Source of the DNA: Trichinella spiralis
Taxonomy: Eukaryota
Reading direction: 5' to 3'
DNA length: 64,000 bases
NCBI RefSeq assembly: GCF_000181795.1
Contig: NW_003526944.1
Coordinates: 3,516,706 to 3,580,705 of the forward strand
In this document: positions 54,088-64,000 of the stretch, one piece after another
How positions within the stretch are numbered: the stretch's first letter is position 1
Layout: each line of letters begins with the position of its first letter
The notes under the pieces: model-generated
Databases searched by the model: none
Told to the model about the DNA's origin: nothing
What the model saw: only the letters and a program-made list of their open reading frames with translations
Position numbers and translations under genes: made by a program

Positions 54088-54999
54088 ATGTCGGCCGACT
54101 CCGAGTCAGCGAAAAATTCAACACCTCCTCCAACTCCTGTGGATGGAGAGCAAGAGGTGGATCAAATTGGTCAGTGGATTTGTGATTTGTGCTTTGCAGA
54201 TACACGCGAAGTTTCACTGTTGGAATTGAGCAAGAAACGTGAAGTATATCCAGACTTGGCCGTGAGACTGTGGTATACACCAGGAGCGATTGCTGCCCTT
54301 TTGGCCGAAATTATCGGTATCTATTGGTCAATCAATCCTCCACGACTGACTGCTCACCAGTCGAACCGGGTCTGCAATGCACTTGCGTTGATGCAGTGCG
54401 TTGCTTCGCACCCAGAAACCCGTGGACCATTCTTGCAGGCGCACATTCCACTTTATCTTTACGCGTTTTTGCATACCACCAGCCAGACGCGACCTTTCGA
54501 ATATCTGCGCTTGACCAGTCTTGGCGTCATTGGAGCACTGGTGAAAACTGATGACCCGGAAGTGATTCAGTTCTTACTCAACACCGAGATAATTCCCCTG
54601 TGCTTGCGCATCATGGAGACCGGTAGTGAACTATCTAGAACAGTGGCGACATTTATCTTGCAGAAAATACTGTTGGACGACCACGGCTTGGCTTATGTTT
54701 GTCAAACATACGATCGCTTTTCCCACGTTGCAATGATTCTTGGCAAGATGGTGATGAGTTTGAAAGGAGAACCTTCGGTTAGACTGCTGAAGCACGTCAT
54801 CCGTTGCTATTGTCGTCTGTCGGAAAATGTCAGGGCTAGGGAAGCTCTGGCGTCTATACTTCCGGACGAATTGCGCAACCAGACTTTTGCTGCCAGCATA
54901 AAGGACGACAAATCTACTCAGCACTGGCTGAATCAGCTGTTGCGAAACTTGGAATCTGTTGGACGTGCTCCGCTAGTGGCTGTTACTCGTGAACGATGA
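54088..54999 (+). CDS. CNOT9: CCR4-NOT subunit 9 (RCD1/Caf40), intronless CDS
   Basis: [72 protein letters not shown]. Confidence 0.97.
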   Translation: MSADSESAKNSTPPPTPVDGEQEVDQIGQWICDLCFADTREVSLLELSKKREVYPDLAVRLWYTPGAIAALLAEIIGIYWSINPPRLTAHQSNRVCNALALMQCVASHPETRGPFLQAHIPLYLYAFLHTTSQTRPFEYLRLTSLGVIGALVKTDDPEVIQFLLNTEIIPLCLRIMETGSELSRTVATFILQKILLDDHGLAYVCQTYDRFSHVAMILGKMVMSLKGEPSVRLLKHVIRCYCRLSENVRAREALASILPDELRNQTFAASIKDDKSTQHWLNQLLRNLESVGRAPLVAVTRER

Positions 55000-55323
55000 T
55001 AAAGCAGCAGTGAACGAACGGCGGTTTCAAACATTCTATTTATTCATTTATTGTAAAGTTTCATATTCATTTTTCTTAAAAAAATATCGTTTTCATTCTT
55101 TTATCCACGTTTCAAAGTTTTTTATGTTATGAAGATTGCTGTTTTTTCTTGAAATATTCCAGCTGCGCAGTATTTTTTGAACGATATTTGATGTTATACT
55201 TGGGTGTGGTACTGTATTCACTTGATCATCAAGTGCATTGATTTCTGTATGCAGCTTTACTGATAGAAAATATTATTTTAAATTTTGAAAAACAAAACTG
55301 TCCTAGCACTTGGCATGCAATGC

Positions 55324-57049
55324 TTAAGATTGCACTTTTTGGTTGTGCATTTCTTGGTGGCGCACGTATGAATAGGCCATTGAACTGACAAGTACAACAA
55401 CATTACTGGTCCACCACAAGAGATCTTTCCATTCTTGATAAACAATAACTGCCAATACAGTCTGAAAAGCTGATTTGGCAGTAGCGCTGACATTGTGCGT
55501 TAAAGGCGACGTCAGCTTCACTTGTAAAACGGAAATGTAACTGATGAGAAAGCCGAACAAGCCGCTTATGATCATGAAAAGCCAAAATTTGGTCGAGTAT
55601 AAAAGTGGAAAATCCACAATGTGCTTCAATTCGCCAGCTAACAATATGCCGGGCAAAAAAAGTAACGATGAATTGAAACTGTTGTACAACGACAACTGCC
55701 AACTATTGTTATCAACTGCTGGCAGCATTTTTTTCGTATATATTGCATTCAGTGCAATGAAAACTGTAGACAGAACGCCAAAAAACACGCCGATGTAGGA
55801 TAAAGTTCCTAAAATGCATATAATTTAAAAAAGACATGATAAAACACACATTCGCTTGATTATTAATTATTATGAATAATAATTAATATTGATGAACAAA
55901 ATTATACTGCCAGTTGTTCAACAAAATATGAAAGAAATAGAAATACCGTGAACACTTTCTTGATTGACCCCCAATAGAAAACCAGACACGATCATTGCGC
56001 AGCAGAACAGAACTTTGCATGAGGAAACTGAATTCAAAATCAAATAAGAAAATATCTATAAAACGAAACATATTAACGCATAAAATATATAATCCACTAA
56101 CCAATGAACAAAACAAACATACAACATTGAAAATAATGGTCGTTGACCTTCCGATGTAATAGAATGCAACCGAAACATACTGTAAACACAAATTGTTTGT
56201 CGATACCATGCCAACAAAGATCAACGATAATGGTAAAATCTAAAGTTCGCTTTCTTCAAACATGAAATACAACACAAGCAATATTCAATTCACCTGCTTA
56301 GCTTTGTTTATGTCGAATGTAAATTTTTCAAACGCAACCGGCGAAAATATTCGTCCCCCGTAAGTGCATAGCAAGAAGCACAACATGAACGACACAACAC
56401 ATTGAAACCACGTTATAAACAATGGTGCATTCAGCTAGGATTAAAACAACAAAACAAAACAGTATTGGGAAAATTTATTCATATCTTATTCAAAAAACTA
56501 AATTATAAATATAATATTAATAAGGTTTGATTTAAAAAAATGAACATTTCAAATTTTTTAAGTAAAAAACCATGACATTTTATAAATCACAATACAATAA
56601 CTAATATATAAATTATTGCAAATTGATCCACTTTACCGCTATGGCATATCAACGAAGAAAAGTGCAACGTCCTTTTGCTATTTACACATTCGCTAGATTT
56701 TAAATATCATTCACATTACTGATAAGGAAAAAAGGAAGATTAATATCAAACTGAAAATGCATTAGTAGCCAAGATTAGTAACCATAAATTTTAAAAGTCA
56801 AAATTAAAATTCATTTACAAATACGCTACAAATGTTCATTACATGACATTACCTGTAGACTGGGACTGCTCAGCAAATATTTATTCAGAAATACCAGAGT
56901 AATAGATGTGCACCTGTGAAATAATTTGTTTCATTAAATTGCGGAATTATTATTGAAAATCTCACTTACCAGTATGCACAAACAACTAATACAATTTTTG
57001 ATGAAACTGAAAGGTCACAACCGCGCTTGTGAATTTTTGGGTTGCCCAT
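55324..57049 (-). CDS. SLC35C1: GDP-fucose transporter (SLC35C1 family), multi-exon
   Basis: [21 protein letters not shown]..|[12 protein letters not shown]..|[72 protein letters not shown]. Confidence 0.92.
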
Positions 57050-58201
57050 TTCAATTCCTAAAAAATTAATTTCAAAAAAATAATATGCGAAATGATTCAG
57101 AATGATACTAGAAAGTAACATACCAAATACAGCTTATATTAACAAATGAAAAAAATAGTTAAATTAATAATTTACAAATTACAATATAATAATTTTTATA
57201 TACAATTTTGAGAACTAACGATAACATAGAACTTTTTTATTTGACAATCACTTAAATTTTCAATACAAATAATCTTATAGGTGTTCAATAAAGAAATTAA
57301 ATTACTATTTTTAAGAATGCTCTCTTAGAATGCATTGTTATAAATTTCATTTTTATGGAACAACAGATATTTGAAAAATTTTAATATTCATTCTTACCAG
57401 TTTCCATCCTGAAAGTTTCGTTTATTTAACTACAGTCTACAATTTTCAGGATACAAAATTTACATTGCAATTTGTTTGATAAACAAAAACTGCTTACCTC
57501 GAATTTTTCAAAAAAGATAAATGATGAACAGCTTTTTCTCAGACAGTATTTAAATATTCGGATGAGTCATACGTTTTGTTTCATTGTTTAAACAAAGTTT
57601 TTTATTGGTTCAAAAAAATGCATGCATAAACATTCGAATGGCAAGTTTGAAAAATACAAGTTCAGTGATATTTGGAATATAAGGTTACGTATTGGAAGAT
57701 TTTCAAATTATGCATTGAGAAATAACTGAATATGTTACTTTTCTGAAAAGCTGTGAAATTTAGATAAAAACGTAAAACATGTGAAACAAAATTAAATATT
57801 GAAATGTAACACGTCAAAATTTTGATTAATTACTGACATGGCTTTAGACGGAGATAATATTTGCAATTATAATTTCATAAAGTAAAGGTTGTTAATCCAG
57901 TAATTTTCAGAGATATTTTTAAAATTAAAACATATTAATAATGAACTTAATAACAAATATTATTAAATTTAGAACTTTCAAAACAGTTTTTTAATATTTT
58001 GTAGAATTATAAATACCGTAATATATTAAAAGCACGTTGTGTGTCTTACTGTAAAAGCAGCAGCTATGCTCTCAGTCATATCAAATAGCTGGCGCTTGTC
58101 CGCTAAGTTGGAAATTATGCTTCATTATTTAACACAGCATGATGCATTCGAAAGTTTGGCGTAAATGATAATAACTAATATTAACTGTGTTTGATTATAG
58201 T

Positions 58202-59031
58202 ATGGCCGATTTTACTCCGCCAAATGAAGAAATGAATGCGCACTCCAGCGGTTTGGGACGTCGTGGTTCAGCGGACGGTGCGGCTGAATTTCGTTCGAAA
58301 TTTGACGACGATCCAACGGAAAAACTTAAAATGAAGCCAAAGAAAAGCATTTTGAAATCTTCCTCCGGACGTCAGAAGTAATTTTTCTTTTTACACTGCC
58401 ATGCTGTTCAGATGGAAAGATAGTGTTGTTTAGTTCCGTTGAAACTCGAGGTGCGCATTTTGATGAAATGAACATTTTGGCGACTCTGCATCCTCCGGAT
58501 AAAGATTATGGATTTATGAAAATTGACGTATGCGATTTGTATCACTCATGAGGGTAGTTGAATTGGCATAGTTGATTTAGGAACCTAAAACGCCTTACCA
58601 CTACATGAGTGAAAGTGAAGGTGAAGATATGCCAACTGAATCGATTCGCAGAGTGTCGTTGTGTGACCATCCGACTTGGGATCTTCATGATTTGGAAAAC
58701 AGGTTGAAAATTTTTGAAATCGAAAAACAGACCATTATCGATTACATTATTACAGTACATTTTCTAAGGTTGACTTCCAAGACCCATTACAGCTCTGCCG
58801 AAGGTGGTTTGGGAGTGGATTACGATTCGGATAATGAAACTGAAGAGCAGAAAGGTTTGTTCTCAATTTTCTCAGCTTTTCTGTTCACTTGTAAGTGTAA
58901 GTGATCTTTCAGCTCGTCGTTTGGCTTTTGAGAAGAAGCGTAAGCAGCATTACAACGAATTTCGCGCGATGAAGCTTGCCCGCCAACTGATGAACGAAGA
59001 CGAAGACGAAAATGAATTGGAAACTGATTAG
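58202..59031 (+). CDS. PPP1R2: Protein phosphatase 1 inhibitor-2
   Basis: SILK motif (KPKKSILK), [31 protein letters not shown] and [12 protein letters not shown]. Confidence 0.95.
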
Positions 59032-60013
59032 ACAAATAATTATCTTATCTCGTTAATTAATTCCGGGTTTTCTTTTCGTATCTTTTCAACAGTAGGAAAA
59101 TTTTCGATGACGATGTAGAGCGCAGGTATTGTCCATTGCTGCACCTACTTAATTTTGAAAGGTGTGTTTTGAAATAAAATGTTGAAAATGCGATGCTTTA
59201 AATTTTTTTTTTAAAAATGCACATATTTATTTTCTCCATTGTAAAACAACGCATTTGGGAAATGGTGAAAATTTTAAACAAATTTTCGGATGAATTAAGT
59301 TGTAATAAGTGTGCTGACAAAATGAGTCGTTCATTTTCACTCTGGCGCTTCATTCGGATGACTTATGATCGATTGGCAGGCTATTTGGAAATGTATAACT
59401 TTCATCAGTCAATTGGCTCTCGCTGACACAAAAGCATATTTATCGTTTCAAATATGCTCCACTTAGCAAATTACAAATAAATTTCCAATTTCTCTCTGCC
59501 TAATGGCATTCTTGTAAAAGACTTTCAATTAATTTCTTTTCCATATCAGCATTGATTAATTTTATTTTATTGTTTTTAAATCTAATTCAAAAGAGCTTAA
59601 TCGTTGCTAAGTGATGATAATCCAATTGGAAAAAGACAAACAATGATCACGAAATATTTACTACGTAATAAAGAAATGACATTTGGTATTGAAAATGCTG
59701 CAAATCACAGACGCAGTACTGTATTTAATAATCGTTGAACAAAGTATTACTTTTTTTGTATAAATAATTCACGCTGGGTTTATTATAATATGTTATGTAA
59801 AATTTGTAAATTCAATCCAGTTCAAAATTACAGTGTGCCACCTGGAGTGCATTGTTTATTAGATTTAATAAAAGCATAATTTCAATTATACACTTCTGCT
59901 ACGCTCATTTTTTTTAATAATAAAACGAATATTATAACGTATGATTAAATTCTAACATTTGGTTTATCGCTTTTCAATAAGATAAAATCCCGATAAATAG
60001 GTTGCCGATTTGA

Positions 60014-60053
60014 CTCCGCCCCTTCGCCAATCGCCGTTGTTTTTCATTGGCTG
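60014..60053. promoter_or_regulatory. GC box plus two opposed CCAAT boxes (orphan promoter-like element)
   Basis: CTCCGCCCC at 60014, GCCAATC at 60026, ATTGGCTG at 60046, in otherwise very AT-rich DNA. Confidence 0.4.
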
Positions 60054-60858
60054 TTGACAATTTTTTCCAGTTTTCAATCTTCTTTCAGCTCACGAAGTTA
60101 AAATTCTTTTCCCATTTCATTAATAGAAATTATTTTCAATTTTCATAAAAATTTCTATAATTGTTCTTCACAATATAAAATCAATGCATGAATAAATTTT
60201 GTCACGTTTTTCATATAAGTTTATATATGAATGTTTTATTACCATTATTGACGACAAACAGCCAGTATTCTGTATATGGGTATTTTTACCGTCGTTCAGC
60301 ACATAGAGAAATTGTTTACCATGATTGGAATAATTGACCATTTGAAAAACAGAATAAAATTTACGCAGAGAAAAGAATTCTTTCCAACTGAATTCGATTT
60401 CAATTGGTGGAAATGGAAAAATTTACATAACAACGGTTGCGAAGATAACAATACTGCAGAAATGACTGACAAATATCTTCGTGTTGAAATGTTTCAAATT
60501 TTCAACTTTAAGCAAATCATAATCGCGTGAACAATGAAAGCAGTGCAATACAGCATGCATATTGATCTTAATGACAAAGTTCAACTGAATCCATTTTTTC
60601 AATTCGAATTATACGTACCAAAAAAACGACAAAATGACTACTGTAAAATGTAAGGAAGAGAAAGTAAAACTAGTTTTAAAAGTGAGGTCAAAATTAAAAT
60701 ATTCATCAATTCAGAACAAGAATTTAATGTAATTTGAAATGAAAATTCTGCGAATAAAATTGATATATATTATTTTCCATAAAAAGTCACAATTTGTTGA
60801 ACAACCAAAATAACAAGCGACAACAAATGATGAGACAAAAAGTTTTTGGAAAATTTGC

Positions 60859-61899
60859 TTATTCAACCTTTTTGAACATGAAAGTTAAATACAAACAAGC
60901 AACTTCCCATTCGTCTCGGGATATGGTTCCAATGCTGGCGTGGTTGGCTTGATCAGCATCTTTTTCCATCTGGATTTTTCGAAACGTTCGCCTGGCCGCA
61001 TCGTACTGGTCCAAACCGCCGCCCGCCATTTTGTAAATTTCCTCTTCTGAATAAATTTCCAAACAGTTCATCCGTTCGAACGAAGCTCGATGTTCAGGGT
61101 GGGGAAGAAAAGTGTCAATGATGTCGTAAAATTTCTTCTTCCACACCAACACCATGCCCAATTCTTTTAGCATCTTTTCCAACAGTGGGAAATAAATCAA
61201 ATATTCAAAACAATTGACCACGCCCTCGAGTTGAAAATCGTAATTGGCACCGAACAGGGGCAGTGGTCCGTCTTGGGTTGGATTTTGCATTTGAATTTGA
61301 CAAACGCTGTTGCGAAAACGACCCTCGGCACCGGCCCGGCACAGTGAGACGATGTAATTCGCATCGGGAATAGTGCCGATGAAATAGCCGCCAATTTTCA
61401 AATTCTGACACGCATTTCGCAGCATTTGTTCGGCTTGTTCCAGACTGCCAAAAGCGTAGTGGAGTGAAAATTGACAACTGCACAAGTCGAACTGCACATC
61501 CGGTTCGGCTAGATGCTTTCTCAGGTCCTCCTTGGAGCAGTCGACGCAAGCGAACTCCGCGTTGAAATAGCCATACTGTGCTTGGTTGGTGAAAAGCGAA
61601 CTGTACCGTTCTTTGCAGTGCGAGACGCTAACTTCGGCAATGTCGACCGCGGTCAGTTGGTCAATATTGCCAAATTTCCATTTTTGCAAATCGCCACCTT
61701 TGCCACAGCACAAGTCCAGGACGCGGATTTCGCCAAAACGGTTGCGGTCTGTTTTCACTTTCCGCAAAGCTTCGTGTATCAGGATGCTTTTGATCCAGTT
61801 GTTCAGACGACGCAGGTGAAGAATGCGACTCTTTAGGCGTTCCTTTCTGGAACTGTTCGGAATTCGATTGTAATGCTCGGCTATTTCAGAATTATTCAT
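60859..61899 (-). CDS. RNMT: mRNA cap guanine-N7 methyltransferase, intronless CDS
   Basis: IAEHYN..SRILHLRRLNNWIKSILI..VLDLCCGKGGDLQKW..DIAEVSV..FDLCSCQFSLHYAF..LKIGGYFIGTIPD..LFGANYDFQL..EWEVACLY. Confidence 0.96.
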   Translation of the reverse strand: MNNSEIAEHYNRIPNSSRKERLKSRILHLRRLNNWIKSILIHEALRKVKTDRNRFGEIRVLDLCCGKGGDLQKWKFGNIDQLTAVDIAEVSVSHCKERYSSLFTNQAQYGYFNAEFACVDCSKEDLRKHLAEPDVQFDLCSCQFSLHYAFGSLEQAEQMLRNACQNLKIGGYFIGTIPDANYIVSLCRAGAEGRFRNSVCQIQMQNPTQDGPLPLFGANYDFQLEGVVNCFEYLIYFPLLEKMLKELGMVLVWKKKFYDIIDTFLPHPEHRASFERMNCLEIYSEEEIYKMAGGGLDQYDAARRTFRKIQMEKDADQANHASIGTISRDEWEVACLYLTFMFKKVE

Positions 61900-62269
61900 C
61901 AGAATCAAATAACAATAAAATAAACTACAAGAACTCAGTCACCAATCTGTAAAATTAGACGAATATGCTAGTTACCAAATTAAAAAAAATCAAGAACAAT
62001 TATTAATCATGCTAATTTATTTATTGTAACATTTGCTCAGTTTAATTAATTTGCTATAAAACATTTTAATAACAATTGTTCTATTTAAAAATGTCAACAA
62101 TTACGGTCTTTATTTGTTTATTTTTTTCCCAACTTGATACTACAGAACGAATTCAATGAATGCACAGTACTGAACATTTTTATTTAATAAAATTCATTTT
62201 TCACAACAGTTCACAGAGTACAATGGGTCAATAAAGTTGCTACTAATATTTATTTAATAAACAATATTT

Positions 62270-62783
62270 TCAATCTTCAATCTTTTCCGGTGGTGGACCA
62301 CATGGCAAAATCATTCGTTGCAAAAAGTTGAATCTCATTCTCGCACGAGTTTCATTCTCTGCAATTGCCATAAAGCTGAGAATGTCATTATGACCAACGT
62401 ATGACGCATAAGAATCACGATGTTGATTTGTCATCCATTCCCAGCATATCGTATCAGCATGTCCGGTGCCTAAAATGGAACATGATTACATGTCACCCAA
62501 GTCCCCAATCATTCGCAACATTTAAATTTAACATAGACAAGCTTTACTAATGGTAGGAAAACATTATTTATAATAAACTCATCACATACACAAATTCAAA
62601 AAAAATTTTAACTGTCAAATGATAATTTCAATGATACTTTATAAACTTCATTATGATGCTGTTATGAACTGAACTGCTACTTGAATAAATATTTAACATA
62701 TTAAGTGTTCAAAACGCAACATTACCGACATATTTTGCCTGTAAATGTTCCAACTGACTGTATATATTGTAACGTTCCGCCAT
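62270..62783 (-). CDS. SF3B5: Splicing factor 3B subunit 5 (SF3b10), 2 exons; not in the ORF track
   Basis: MAERYNIYSQLEHLQAKYVG|TGHADTICWEWMTNQHRDSYASYVGH..AIAENETRARMRFNFLQRMILPCGPPPEKIED*. Confidence 0.96.
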
Positions 62784-63211
62784 TGCGCAAAAAGTAGTTC
62801 AAAAGCACATTTCATGTATTACTGTAATAGGTTAAAGTAGGAATAATTTCCCAAAAATGGATATTGTGAAAATAAATATTTCAAAATTTAGCTATAAAGC
62901 TTGATAAAAAATTGAAAACTTACTATAACGTCAAAAAACAAACAAATTTTGAAAATTTGAATATTTTTAGCAGTAACTTTGAGGAAAAAACTTTTTCATT
63001 CATCATCTCTTATAAAAATGCTGAATAGTTTTATTTAACTTGAAAAATACCTATTCGTGTAGTTTTTGAAATAAATTTAAAATTCAAATTTATAAATTTA
63101 TAAATTTTTACTCATGCAGCTGTGGAATATCGGTCGACTGTATTCTGTATCTTGAGCATCACATATTTAAGTATTTGTATAATTTTGTAAACTACCAGTT
63201 GCGTCATTGGT

Positions 63212-64000
63212 ATGAAAAGAACACGTATAACTATTGCAGAAAAGAGGGAAGTTATTGAACTTCTTAAGCAAAATTATAGCGCAAATGATATCGCACAGCG
63301 TTATCAAATATCTCGGAGCACCGTATTTCTGATTCAAAGAAATAGCCAACGTTTGCTTAATCCGTGCTTGCAGGAATCGCTTTTTGCCATTCGACCTGGA
63401 AAATACGCTCTCGTTGAGGCCGTACTTGAAGAATGGCTTGTAAGAGAGCGTGCATTGAATCACACAATATCTGCATCAGTAATTCAATACGAAGCTCTTC
63501 AAATTGCAAATCAGTTGAACTTGAATAAGTTTAAAGCCAGCAATGGATGGCTTTCCCGGTTCAAAAATAAACTCTGCTTGAATCATTATCGTTGGTTATC
63601 TAAAGGTAAACGCACATTTTGATTTTATGCTAATTTTTATTTAAAAGCTGTCTAATTTTAGAACGGCTTTTGCCAGGGGTGATCGAAGAATGGCAAAAAA
63701 ACGTTTTAGATGTTGTTTGCGCCAAGTATCAACCTGATGATATTTTTGCGGCAGATCAGATTGAACTTTATTTCCGGCGAGAAGGGGAAAATAAATTTTA
63801 TTGTGGCGTACTTTTCGACAACATTGAAAATACATGTGAAAAGATTAGCACACTTCTCGCGGTTTGCATGTCTGGTAAGTCTTAATGAGTTTATTTCGCA
63901 GTTCTGTAAGTTGAGCTTTTTAAGGTTCTTGCAAAATTGCCCCTGTAATCGTCTCTTCTGCCGAAGATGAAGAAGTTGAATGTAAAAGTTCGTCAGAATT
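63212..64000 (+). CDS. Tigger/pogo transposase-derived (TIGD/CENP-B-like) protein, spliced, runs off the window
   Basis: HTH_psq-like MKRTRITIAEKREVI..IAQRYQISRSTV, HTH_Tc5-like FKASNGWLSRFK, and start of a DDE_1-like region YQPDDIFAADQIELYF..KISTLLAVCMSG. GT-AG introns at about 63606-63661 and 63876-63924. Confidence 0.85.

Noticed and set aside
62578..62584. C-box-like GTGATGA in the SF3B5 intron
   Set aside because: No downstream CTGA D box within the intron.
1..64000. tRNA, rRNA, spliceosomal snRNA genes, CRISPR arrays or prokaryotic systems
   Set aside because: None recognised by eye; the DNA is eukaryotic. Divergent small RNAs such as spliced-leader RNAs could have been missed without covariance-model searches.

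Overview
AT-rich, intron-containing eukaryotic DNA. Short introns, gene content and the nematode-type NDUFB11 N-terminus suggest a nematode, probably a Trichinella-like clade I species (inference). Exons were joined by hand using GT-AG signals and reading frame. Genes in order: CEP41-like rhodanese gene (3' end), a PH-domain plus actin-fold fusion gene (interrupted by an assembly gap and a low-quality duplicate), RIC-3, NDUFB11, Ena/VASP, RNase T2, a KLF5-class zinc-finger gene in a large non-coding domain, three tandem paralogous Cys-rich type I membrane proteins, WDR74, a cyclophilin, BAP1-type deubiquitinase, CNOT9, GDP-fucose transporter SLC35C1, PP1 inhibitor-2, RNMT, SF3B5 (absent from the ORF track) and an intron-containing Tigger/CENP-B-derived gene. 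The most intriguing signals are: (1) a GC-rich, extensively self-complementary segment of about 450 nt inside NDUFB11 intron 1, a candidate unannotated ncRNA; (2) the PH-actin fusion; (3) the tandem C-type-lectin-like/EGF-like receptor family; (4) a second H/ACA-like structured element near 7.3 kb. No database searches or folding programs were run; all assignments come from recognised motifs.
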